Assembly (NCBI GenBank): GCA_050084985.1
Contig: JBITNC010000001.1
Span: forward strand, 115,568,001-115,632,000
Source: Nageia nagi
Taxonomy: Eukaryota > Plantae > Pinophyta
Length of the DNA stretch: 64,000 bases
Reading direction: 5' to 3'
Shown one piece after another: positions 53,111 to 64,000 of the stretch. Every line of letters begins with the position of its first letter. The stretch's first letter is position 1. Made by a program: the position numbers and the translations under genes. Under the pieces are notes generated by a model. It was given only the letters and a program-made list of their open reading frames with translations. It did not search any database and was not told the DNA's origin.

Positions 53111-56100
53111 GGCGCCATGTCATTTCTTTTCAATTTAAAAATACATGAGCTCAGAAAGTGCTAAAGCAGTCATGTTTATAATGTTTTTTTCTTAGGAATC
53201 GACGCGTAGGAGTCCGTGATGGTGGCCACCTTTTCAACATACATCCATCCAAAAATCTGAATTCTGGAACGCTTAAAGAAGAGATATGCTGAAACCAAGT
53301 GAGTTGCGAACTCTGGCCATTAAAACCATCATGTCATTTCAATGGGAAACCTCTCATCCATCGTGTGGCATAAATTATTTGGGGTCTTTGGCGATGTTTA
53401 CATATTGTTCGATTTGATTTATTAATTTTAGTTTAATGATATATTAAATGATATGATGTGCTATATTCTTTTTCTTTCATAAAATAATATATATAGAGTT
53501 TTTCTTGGAACATATTGAAAGATGGAGAGTATGGTATGTTGATTTAGGTTAAGAAGTTATATGTTGGAATAATGAATATTCAAGTTTGTTGATCATTTAG
53601 TAATATTTTTTTTTAAATAAATATTGCTTACATTATACAGTTAATCTTGAGATCTAGTTGAAATCAAACCGAGAACCCATCATTAGGATACTCATCATTG
53701 AGTAATTAATAAATAATTATGAAATGCAAATGTATTTAGGAAAATAAGGCTCGAGGATCGAATTCATATGGTGATTAATATCAACTAATAATCATATGAG
53801 ATACTTTTGATGAACATAGAAGTACATAAAAGTTCTTTGAGAATTACTATATCAAATTCATTCAAAGCTCTTTATACAAACTACAGTCTATATTTTTTAA
53901 GAACAAAGTTTTCAATGTTTTAGAATGCTATGTGGGTTTTATAGTTTAAAGGAAAGTTGTACACAATCAATGGTTTGGTTTTAATTGCTTGGTTCTTTAT
54001 TGCCTTATGAAATTCTAATACAATATTAAAGGTTTAAAATGCATTAAGTAAAATAGTTAGAATTGAATATACATATGTAAGTATTTATGTGAAAATGAAT
54101 GTAAACTTAGTCTTTTAAAATTTGTAGAATTGGTTCTTAATGGAAAATCTTGAAAGAAATTAGTAAATTATGAAAATATACACCTTAGATGTAGATTTTA
54201 TTAGAAGTGCAAATATGCATAAGGATCACAACAAATGGCTTTAATTTTCTATCAAAACTAAGATTCAAAAGAAAAAAAATAAGGGATTACCATCACTAAC
54301 TTTACTATCCATAATTAAAAGTATTTTATGAAAGCCAACATTTAAAAAGAGTAAATGAACGAGGAATAAAATTATATGAAGAGTATTAATATTTCATTAG
54401 GCAATATAATAAGTATGGAAATAATTATCTAAATCCTTGCAAATAATAAAAAGTGTGGTTGTAAATGTCAAACCCATTAATGGTTAATACTTCCAATTGT
54501 AAATAACTAAAGTTATTATTTTTATCTTAATAAGGTGGATGAAGTGAAAAAGGAATTTATTGTTACAAAGAAGTAACATCTATTAAGTTGAGGTAGAAGT
54601 TCATATAGCAAAAAAATTCAAATTCTTCATAGCCTATGTGTACCTTATTAACCATTTCTATATATATATATATATATATGAATCTCACATATATCCAACT
54701 GTTGGTGCTAGGGATCCTAAAGGGGTATAAGTCACTCAATTTGGCATTAATATCTATCTCTATCTTCGAAGATAATGATGAAGTAAGTAATAGCTCCTGA
54801 GTTTAATAAATTCCAATCTTGATTGGTGGTGTTGAAGAACATTGATAACTTTATCAAAGATATGTACAATCTTATCAAGGTTAAATCTTGATAGTCTCCC
54901 CATGCATATAATACTCAATTTATAGGTTTAGGAATATACTTGAATGCACCTTTACATGCTAGCATTGATGTTGGTGGTTTAACTATCAAAATAAGATAAT
55001 TATACATAAGAAGTGTCTTATATAGATCATAATTGATATTTGATATGTAACATAACATCATATTAATCATAGCATAATGAGGGTTATATGACATATAGTT
55101 TGGTACAAAATAGATATTAATTTAACTATCAACATATACATCTAGATACACATAAGAAAATTTAAAAGATCAACAATAGAAAGCATTATAAAGAATTTGG
55201 TAATGCAAAGGATTGAGGTAGCTCTTCACACTTATTTGCTTAGGAACTTGTAAATATAACCTTCAAGATTTATTTATCTTAACACATAAAACTAAATCAT
55301 ATTCTAGTTTTATTTATCTTTTACTTAATGAATATCATATTTACATTATATTATTTTTGTTTCTAACATAATGCTATCTCATTCTTGCTTAGAGGAAATT
55401 ATCAAAGTATAGGAATCTTGATGATAAATACCTTGATATGGAATTAGAGATAAACATAGATTTGCTCCAACCTTGATATCTTAATCCTCATACTCTGGTA
55501 TTTTAGAATAATATCTATGAAGATTGTAATTTTATCTAGCGAGCTCTATTACTTATTAGTTTCCCTTTTGCATTGCTATCTAGAATAGATTTGACACTAC
55601 ATGATTTCCTAATTACCAACCTAGTAGGATCTAGCTATGTAATGTTCCTAGTGATATCTTATTCTTTCATTCTATTGATATCATTGGATTATATTATTGC
55701 AACATCATTGTAATATCTCACTTCATTATGTTGATATCTTATTGTAATTCATCTATTAACTTGTATGAAGTATTACTAGTATGTGATTTATCATCGAGGT
55801 ATGCTAAATATAATGTTGCTATATCATTGCTAGAAGGCCCATTTAAATTCGTTATTATCAAGAAATTATTTACATGAAGAATTTTATTTTCTATTAAGGA
55901 CAAGCTTAAGAGCATCTCAACTTCCACGCCATATAAATTCCACATCCAATTATTCTTTGTGATTAACATTAATATTTCTTTGTGATCAACATTTTCTTTC
56001 ACACCCAAGTGCACTTTATAATGTTAATGTTTGCATTCAACCAAAATTTTCTCTTGCCAATATCATCATTGTTGATCATTGATGTCTTTTGCTAAGAATT

Positions 56101-57589
56101 TAAAATACTATTTTATCCTCTTTTTTTTTTTATAAAGTTATGTTATAGGTTATGAAAAATGGGAAGGTACATGAATATTTGGGAAAAGGTAGTATCATAT
56201 TTTCTTATATTATACTATAGTTTGATATGATATAATTTAATTTCTGCGAGTCACAATTGTGCATCTTATTACATATGTAATAATTAAACAATTAATTATT
56301 GTATTTTAGAGTTTTATATAGTTTATGAATAATATATAATATTATTTATGTTATAGTAAAATTAAAATTATTTTAAATTTTACCGTCAAAATTTTAGTGT
56401 GTTTAAGTATTTTTATTTCATTACAAATTTTGCTTCATATGTTTTTGATTTTTTGAATAGAAACTTTAGTTAAATTTTATATGCATAATGGTAAAACATA
56501 ATTGTAACAAACTAGTCCTATGTCTCACTTTTTTTTTTAATTCACTCATTTTAATAAAGTTTACTAATATCAAATAGAAATCATTTGTGAGATAATTATC
56601 CAAGTTCAAAATTTATTTATAGAATTAAAATTTAGTATCTCCTTAGCATCACTTATTTCTATAGGCATTAGAACCACAACCACCTTTTGTTCCCTTAAAC
56701 TTTTCATCAAATTCTAATTGCAAACCATGAATATATCAACTCGAATATATAGTAAGATTTTTCCTTAAACTTGTAAAAATTGAAAGTATAAATTCAATTG
56801 CTACTTCAACCATCCAATCATTTTTTTTTATTACAACAAGTAAATTTGAATTAATAAAAAAAAAAGTCAAAGTTTGGAAGTAGCTCCAAATACCTTTACA
56901 AAGGAAGATTTATTATTTAGGCTCAATAATAAACTTTTATATTTAATTTAACATTTAGTATTTACCTTCCAAAATAAAATAATACTTTTAAAATACCACT
57001 AAGAAGTACATTGCTATTAGAGCTTTAAAAACATATTTAAAACATACATTGAGATTTAGCATATCCTCTAAAAATTATAAATTTTAAATACAAAATATGT
57101 TGCCTCTTATTTTTAAATTTGAATTTTAAAATTAGTCTCTATTGCTTAAGATATAGGGTTTTGTGTGTAATCCATTTGATCTCTATTCTTAGTGTGGATT
57201 TTTTTGGAGTTAATTGTTGGGTTGTATAGTTCTTTGATTTTTCACACTCACCTAAAGTTAGTATTTTCATCTCTTCTTTTGTTCCATGCTTCAACATATG
57301 TGGGTGATGTTCATTACCTTTTGTGAAGTGGTGCTTATGAATAGTTATTTGTTCCTTTTCTTCTACATTTATTTAACTTTCCTCATGAGCTTCATTTTAC
57401 CAATCAATGCTTCATTTTTACCATCTGATGCTTCATTTTTACTAGGATTCTTCAAATAGTAATTGTATTCTATTACATAGGTGTTTTCTTTATGATACAT
57501 ATCACTATCTTTTTCTTTAGTATTCATTCAATCTTCTTCTTCCTCACTAGTTTCATCTTCATAATATCCTCCTTTATGATGCCTTAAAA

Positions 57590-57930
57590 TTTTAGGTAAT
57601 ATTTTCTCTTATATCCAAGTTGTTGGAAATTGGAACATTTAAGAGAGTATCTCTCATACTCTATACCCTTATTATATTATTATAGAATCAAAAGTGATTT
57701 CCTAACAGACCATGTACCCCAAGAAAGTATTTTCTTAGCAAGTTCTTCTTTTGAAAAGATAAACAAAAATAGCCTTTTGTAATGGTTTTGATAGAATTGA
57801 TAATGATAGCATGGGGAGCCCATACTTGGTTGATCCAAGATCTTAGTAGAGTATGAATCAAGATTTGATCCAGGAAATAATCATTAACAATATGCTTCTC
57901 ATACTAATAACATGTAAACTAAAAATTATA
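57590..57930 (-). mobile_element. LINE (L1-like) ORF1 remnant
   Basis: Minus-strand LRSWINQVWAPHAIIINSIKTITKGYF..FSKEELAKKILSWGTWSVRKSLLIL (one frameshift) resembles the plant L1 ORF1 RRM/DUF4283 region. Confidence 0.55.
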
Positions 57931-59443
57931 AATAGGAATTGATACCTTAGAAACAAAACTCTTAGGTCATGGAACACCTTCGGGATTAGCTCCTTAGGTC
58001 TCTTACCCAAGGATATTACTCACATTCATTGCTTAAACAACTCTACAACTCACTAGACTAGCTATTTGGGCATCTATTATAATAGATGTTAGACCTTTTC
58101 CAAAGGTAGAGCTACTATGTGATATATCAATTGCACTATTATCATAATTAATTGAGATATGATGGTGGGAATGCCCTAAGCATGAATCTATAACCATGTA
58201 GGACAAATATATTGGTGAAACATAATAACTATCCTCTCCTTATTTGAGTTCATCTTCAAAAGACTTAATTACTTGTTATTGAAACCTTATATCTTGTTTC
58301 TTAATCTAAATGGATTTTGTTTACCTTAGATCTAATAATAACTACTTATATATTGCATAAGTTATATTCACAATTTTCTTTCAATCATTTTCCTATTAAA
58401 AATTTTTACATTATATCTATTTAGAAAAAACGTAATTCCAATGACCTATTTTGTGAAATTATTTATATATATGATAATTTCATTACATATTTAAGTAAAA
58501 GAGGAATTAAAATGCAAAACTTAATGTAAATTTAAATAAAATAAATATATATCAATAAACAAAATTATTGAATATTTTAAGAACTTAAGGTCATGTCTTG
58601 GAATAAAAGTATAAAACTTCATAATGTAGTTTTTAACATATCCAAGTTTATTTTTCTTAATAACGTAGTCTCCTATTGATTCCACCTATGATCTACAATG
58701 TAAATATTCTTGAATTTAGTATCAATCCAATAAAAACATCATACATATACATGTAAACTTCCTCAAGTTACATAAATGATCCAAATTAATTTTAAATACC
58801 TTGTATTAAGCAACCCTACACCTCAAGTCTAGTTCATCATCCTTATGTATTATCTAGTGCATTAGTTTGATTTATTAGATGCATACATAGATTTCAATTT
58901 ATATGTTTCCATTAGTAAAAGAATAATTTATCATGTTTGGATGAGAGTGATCACTATCTACTTCAAGGGGTTACATTGCACTTTGCATTATCATTTTGTT
59001 GTATAATCATTTTATTTATTATATTTCATTTAATCTCACACTCTGAGGTTTTTGTCATGGAATGTGGACTTCATACACATGGCCTTATCCATACTTGGAT
59101 TTCATCACCAATAGGGAAATGTATAGTGATGATTTATAGCATATTCATGATTTTTAAGTAGTTTTAATTTTCTAATTTGCTATTTATGGGCCCATCGACT
59201 TGGGCCATGGTAGTCTAATTTTTTCAAGTTTATTTTTTTCTTGGTCAGCTAGCTAAAATTTTATATCTTTGATGTATATTTTATATAAATTAGCCAAGTA
59301 TACCCCTTGCAAAATTTGAACAAAATTACCTATATTTTATAAACTTTTTGGTTTTGTTCAAGCAAATCACCGCCTGATACCAAATCCTCCAAGAAAAAAA
59401 TGTGAATCTAAAAGATACTTGACACTTGATCAATCCATTACAA

Positions 59444-59632
59444 ATGCTTGAATTCTCCCTACAGACACTTATCTTCACCTTGTAGACTCTTGACTTCTCC
59501 CTGTAGATGCTCGACTTCTCCCTATAGATGCTCAACTTCTTCCTACATATGCTTAACTTCTCCCTATAGACACTCAACTTCTCCCTGCAAATGCTTGACT
59601 TCTCCCTATAGATGCTTGACTTCTGCCTAAAA
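59444..59632. repeat. 21-bp tandem array, 9 copies, consensus ATGCTTGACTTCTCCCTATAG
   Basis: Units read in register from 59444. Confidence 0.95.
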
Positions 59633-60080
59633 TTGCTTGATTAGTATTTATTGTAGATATGCCTACATAAGGTGAATTTTTCTATACTCAAATAATTATT
59701 TTTTGAAAATAATTTTATCGATCTCATTATTAACATTAATATTATTTTTGGTGGGTTTTACTACAAAAATATTAATTAGCTTATTAAATTAGTTTCAAGA
59801 ATCAATGTAACCACATCCTTTAGATGCATAACTAATCCATCTTCTTCATATTATGTTCAAAATTATGAGTTTAAAATCTCAAATTTTAATTGATATTAAT
59901 GCAAAAATTATTGCAAATCCTAAACCTTAACAACCTAAAAATGAAAATCAATAAAGTTTAGCTACCTTACTAATTTGTATTTTTCTTATATTATTTTAAA
60001 TCATGAATGTTATATCCAAATTTAATAGATTAATTATCATTGTAAAAAATACTACAAATCCTGAACCTTAACAACATGAA

Positions 60081-62563
60081 ATGGAAAATATTTTTGATAA
60101 TGAAATGTTTGAACCTCTAGTTGTTCAATACATGAATGACATTCTAGGTACAAATTCAATCAAAATTGGGGTAGAGAATACTCCAAATAATGAATGTAAA
60201 AAGGATCCACATACTTCATGTAGTTCACAATCTTCTAAGAGAATCAAGAAAAGTTACAAGAAGTGGGCTATTGGAAAATCATTTAGGTATGAATGGACTT
60301 CCAAATATCAATTTATTCAACTAGTACATACAAAAAATAGTAATGATCTAATAATAAAGTATTGATGGGTTTCTTGCTCATAGAAAATAGGTAGATAATG
60401 CAAAATTCAACTTAAGGATACAATCGAAAACTATTGTGAAAAAATATATATTCAAGTTAAAGATAAAAATGAAAATATTAAAAAGAGAGGAAAAAAATGA
60501 TTCTTCAACTTGTACATACAAAAGAAATTATGATGAATGGATTGATATCCAAAAGTGATAAAATACGCTTGAAGAGATAGGTGGAACTATAACTGTGGAG
60601 TTTGAAAAGCAATAGAATATAATTTTAGTGTCTAAGGCCTTGCAATTTTCTATGATATTTACAATTTTAAAAAAGAATAAACCTATGATAGATTTTATTT
60701 ATTACAAGACCTTATTCAAACTTGCAAATGTTCAAAAACCTTCCTAGTACTCATTGGTTAGATAAAAGTAGTTGGAAGATATCAAAATATTTTTCTCTAG
60801 TATAAATTGATGATATTAGATAGAAAGTAAAAAAAGCAAAATTCATTTCACTATCACTTGATGAGGTTATTGATGTTGATAATACTTCTTGGATATGCAT
60901 GCATGTTTACATATTTTATGGTCATTGATAACCACACCTACTTAAACTTCACAAAATGGTACAAAATTGTAATGTTCAGAATATTTACAATCTTGTTGTC
61001 AAGACTTTAAAAGAAGTTGCTAATTTGGACAATTTTAAAATTGCAATGAAGTTAACTTGTGTAGGAGCTGATTGCATTGCTATAATGCAAGGGCATTGAA
61101 ATGGTCTTTGTGTAAGACTTCAAAATATAGTAGCCCCATACTTAATTCCTATTCACTACATGGTACAAAGATTAAATCTTGCTTATAAGATTGTCAATGT
61201 ACATAATGATGTTGTAGAAGTTAAAGATTTAGTTCATGAACTTTATTCTTATTTTATGAATAGTTTCTAAAATTTACAAATTTAAAGAGTTTGCAACATG
61301 TATTATAGATGGTAGGAATATGTTAAAAGATACATATACATGATTGATTTGAATGTATAAGCCTATTGATAGAGTGTTCAAAGAGTATCCATATCTTATA
61401 GGGTTTATGTAAAAAAATAGAAGAAAATAGATAGAGCTAAAGATGTGCTTTTTTGTATGAGAAATTTAGACACTTTTCTTATGCTATGTGGTATTTTTGC
61501 TATGTTATACAAATTGAATCTTTTGATAAAACTAGCTCAGGAAATATATATTTATATTATTGATTTCTTTCAAATGAGAAACTAAATCTACTTATGGATT
61601 GATAGGTTGTATGAGAGTAATTTTACTGATCTATTATTTGAATAATAGAAATTCCATACAAACTATAAAGATCCAAATAGTTTTTAAAATTCAATATGAT
61701 AGGAGACTTGTGTATATTTTTTTCATGGCAAAAAGATACATGTGTATTATTATAAAAGATGTATGGAATACCAAGAGAGGAACTTCGTAAAGTGCCTGTA
61801 ACAATGAATAGATTTGATTTGGCTATTATTAACATAAGAAAAAAATTAAGAAGCATATCAAATACATTGAAAAGTAAAATAAGAAAAAGGTTTCATAAAG
61901 ATGATCTACTTGAAGCAATGGGTATTATAAATCCATTATTCTAGGATTGTATTTCATACTATAGTTCAACCAACCAAATCATTTACCAAACACATTAGTG
62001 TTCTTGTTAATCATTTTTCCCAAGAGGTTGAGATTAATCGAATGGAGATATCAAGTATTTTGAATAAAAGATTATTTATTAGATAATCAGGATTATTTGG
62101 GAACACCATGGTTGAAAATATAGAAAGTTGAGAGATTCATTGGAAATAGGTGCAATTATACATTTATGGGAAAAATTATATTCCAGTAGTATTTAAAAAA
62201 AAAATCAATGGGGAGTACTTTCGTTTATATGAACTATGTTAAAAAATAATTCTGGAATCAATGGAAGATGAGAGAGTGTTTAGCGCACTATTTATGAAAA
62301 ATAAACTTTGAAATAGGTTAGATAAAACCCTAGAGCATTGTTTACAATTATATGTCTCTTCTTATGATATTGATAAGTTTCCAAATGATAAAGCTATGGT
62401 GTATTAGAAATTGTTAGCAGATAGAAGAAATGTCAATAATACTAATGATGATGGTGATCAAAATGATGACGATAATGACATTAATATGCTTCAAAATTTG
62501 AATGCACATGGAAATATTATGGATCAACTAATTAGGAATTTATTTCAAATTCATAAAATATGA
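60081..62563 (+). pseudogene. hAT-superfamily transposase (ZNF862/DUF4371-like), degenerate
   Basis: KAKFISLSLDEVIDVDNTSWICMHVY (first catalytic D); VGAD..IMQGH*NGLCVRLQNIVAPYLIPIHYMVQRLNLA (second D and HC..H.LNL region); SMEDERVFSAL.MKNKL*NRLD (hATC dimerisation domain). Confidence 0.85.
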
Positions 62564-64000
62564 TCTAATTTCTATATAGTTTTTATATTTTTCATTTTTA
62601 ATTTAATTGGTATATTGATAGAGTATATTTGATGCTCATCCACATTAAGCTGATACTCCTTTGAGCATTATTAAAATTTTTATAAATTTTATTTTCATGG
62701 TATGGGAATGTTTATAAACTAGAAAAAAAATGATATTTTTAAAAATTATTTTAAATGATTTTATTTGTGAAATATCAATACTATATTACATATTACATAT
62801 GTTTTTATATGATTTAATGCTATGCTTGTTACATGTTTGAAATTATTTCAAATTATAAAAATTCAATAAATACCAAAGACAACAAGTATCTGTATATCGA
62901 AGATAAGTGTCTACAACAAACAAATCAACATCTCCATTAACAAGATGAACATCTGCAATAAGCACCTCTTTTATATGATTGCAAATATTATAAACCATTA
63001 TATAATAGATTTGATTGCAAACATTATAAACCATCATATAATATGCAAACATAATAAACCATCATTATATTGATAGAAAAAAAGACACCATTATTCCAAT
63101 TGTATTCATTTACAAAATATCCATTTACAAATCATCCCTTTTGACTCATTTACAAAAAAAATTATTTAATTTAAAAGTACATAAAATTTAACATTCAATG
63201 TCCATTATTTCCTTTATTATTTTCTAGCCTTGTCCACCTTATAATGTGACTTTTTTCTTATCCTGTGCAACTAATGTGGTTTTGCTTATCCCCTACAATT
63301 TAGTAGCTCTAGCCATACCCTTATTAGCTGATTCAAGATTGTTAATAATAATTTTTCTTTTGATATTGTATCTTGAAAATTAGTATTAATTTGGATTTCA
63401 TAAACCTTTTTTTATATAAAATTTCTCAATCTAACCCATTTTGATTGATGATCCTTCTCAATATCTTATTATCTATGATATTGTTCTTGAGCCTATCTTT
63501 CAAAATAATGCTTTGATCGATGCTTTTTCATGCCTTCTGAAGCTATATGATACAACTATTCACTTGCTTTAGCAAATTGTCATAATTGGCCTACAAAATA
63601 AGATTATCAATTTTAATGAAATATTTTGCAAATATAAATTCAAAAATATTATAGAAAAATATATAACATAAAAAATACCTTTGTAATTACTTTTACCACC
63701 TTTACTATTTCTACTTTCCATTTTTCTAGACTCCATTAGTTGAAGTATACTTGGGCTTCAACATTTAGATTCTCCAATTTGCAAAGGATAAGGTCCAACT
63801 CATTATCATTTGATAGGATAGTGATTTTTGCTTTACCTAAATTTTTCTACTAAAATAAAGCATCCAACTTTTTATGTTCATTTTCACTTTCAAAAAAGAA
63901 GTGTTCCCTCTTGCCAAAGTTGGTAAATTGAGCTAAAAGTTTTTCAAACAAAACTTTAAATTATATTTCTCACATCCTTGCTATGAAAATATCCTTTAGA

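Noticed and set aside
59326-59630. Repetitive ORFs on both strands and a CRISPR-like appearance
   Set aside because: Produced by a 21-bp tandem repeat with no unique spacers; plant context, no cas genes.

Overview
AT-rich (roughly 30% GC by eye), CpG-depleted plant nuclear DNA. The TE families and a CYP750-like P450 fragment suggest a gymnosperm. No intact host gene is visible. Positions 1-33004 hold a head-to-tail array of at least three degenerate Tekay-like Ty3/gypsy chromovirus units that share very long (4.3-4.85 kb) LTRs. A much younger, complete CRM-clade element (12409-18047, 484-bp LTRs, AAAGG TSD) sits in the integrase of unit 2. The right half contains: a minus-strand cytochrome P450 pseudogene fragment split by a ~720-bp insertion and preceded by an Hsp70 N-terminal snippet; old gypsy, copia and LINE remnants; an orphan heat-shock-element cluster; a TATA-preceded ~310-nt fold-back that looks like an unannotated MIRNA precursor (52800-53110); and a dead hAT transposase with a 21-bp tandem array. 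The most promising new items are the MIRNA-like hairpin, the shared-LTR array with its copy-specific CpG island, and the Hsp70/P450 chimera. All counts are by hand.
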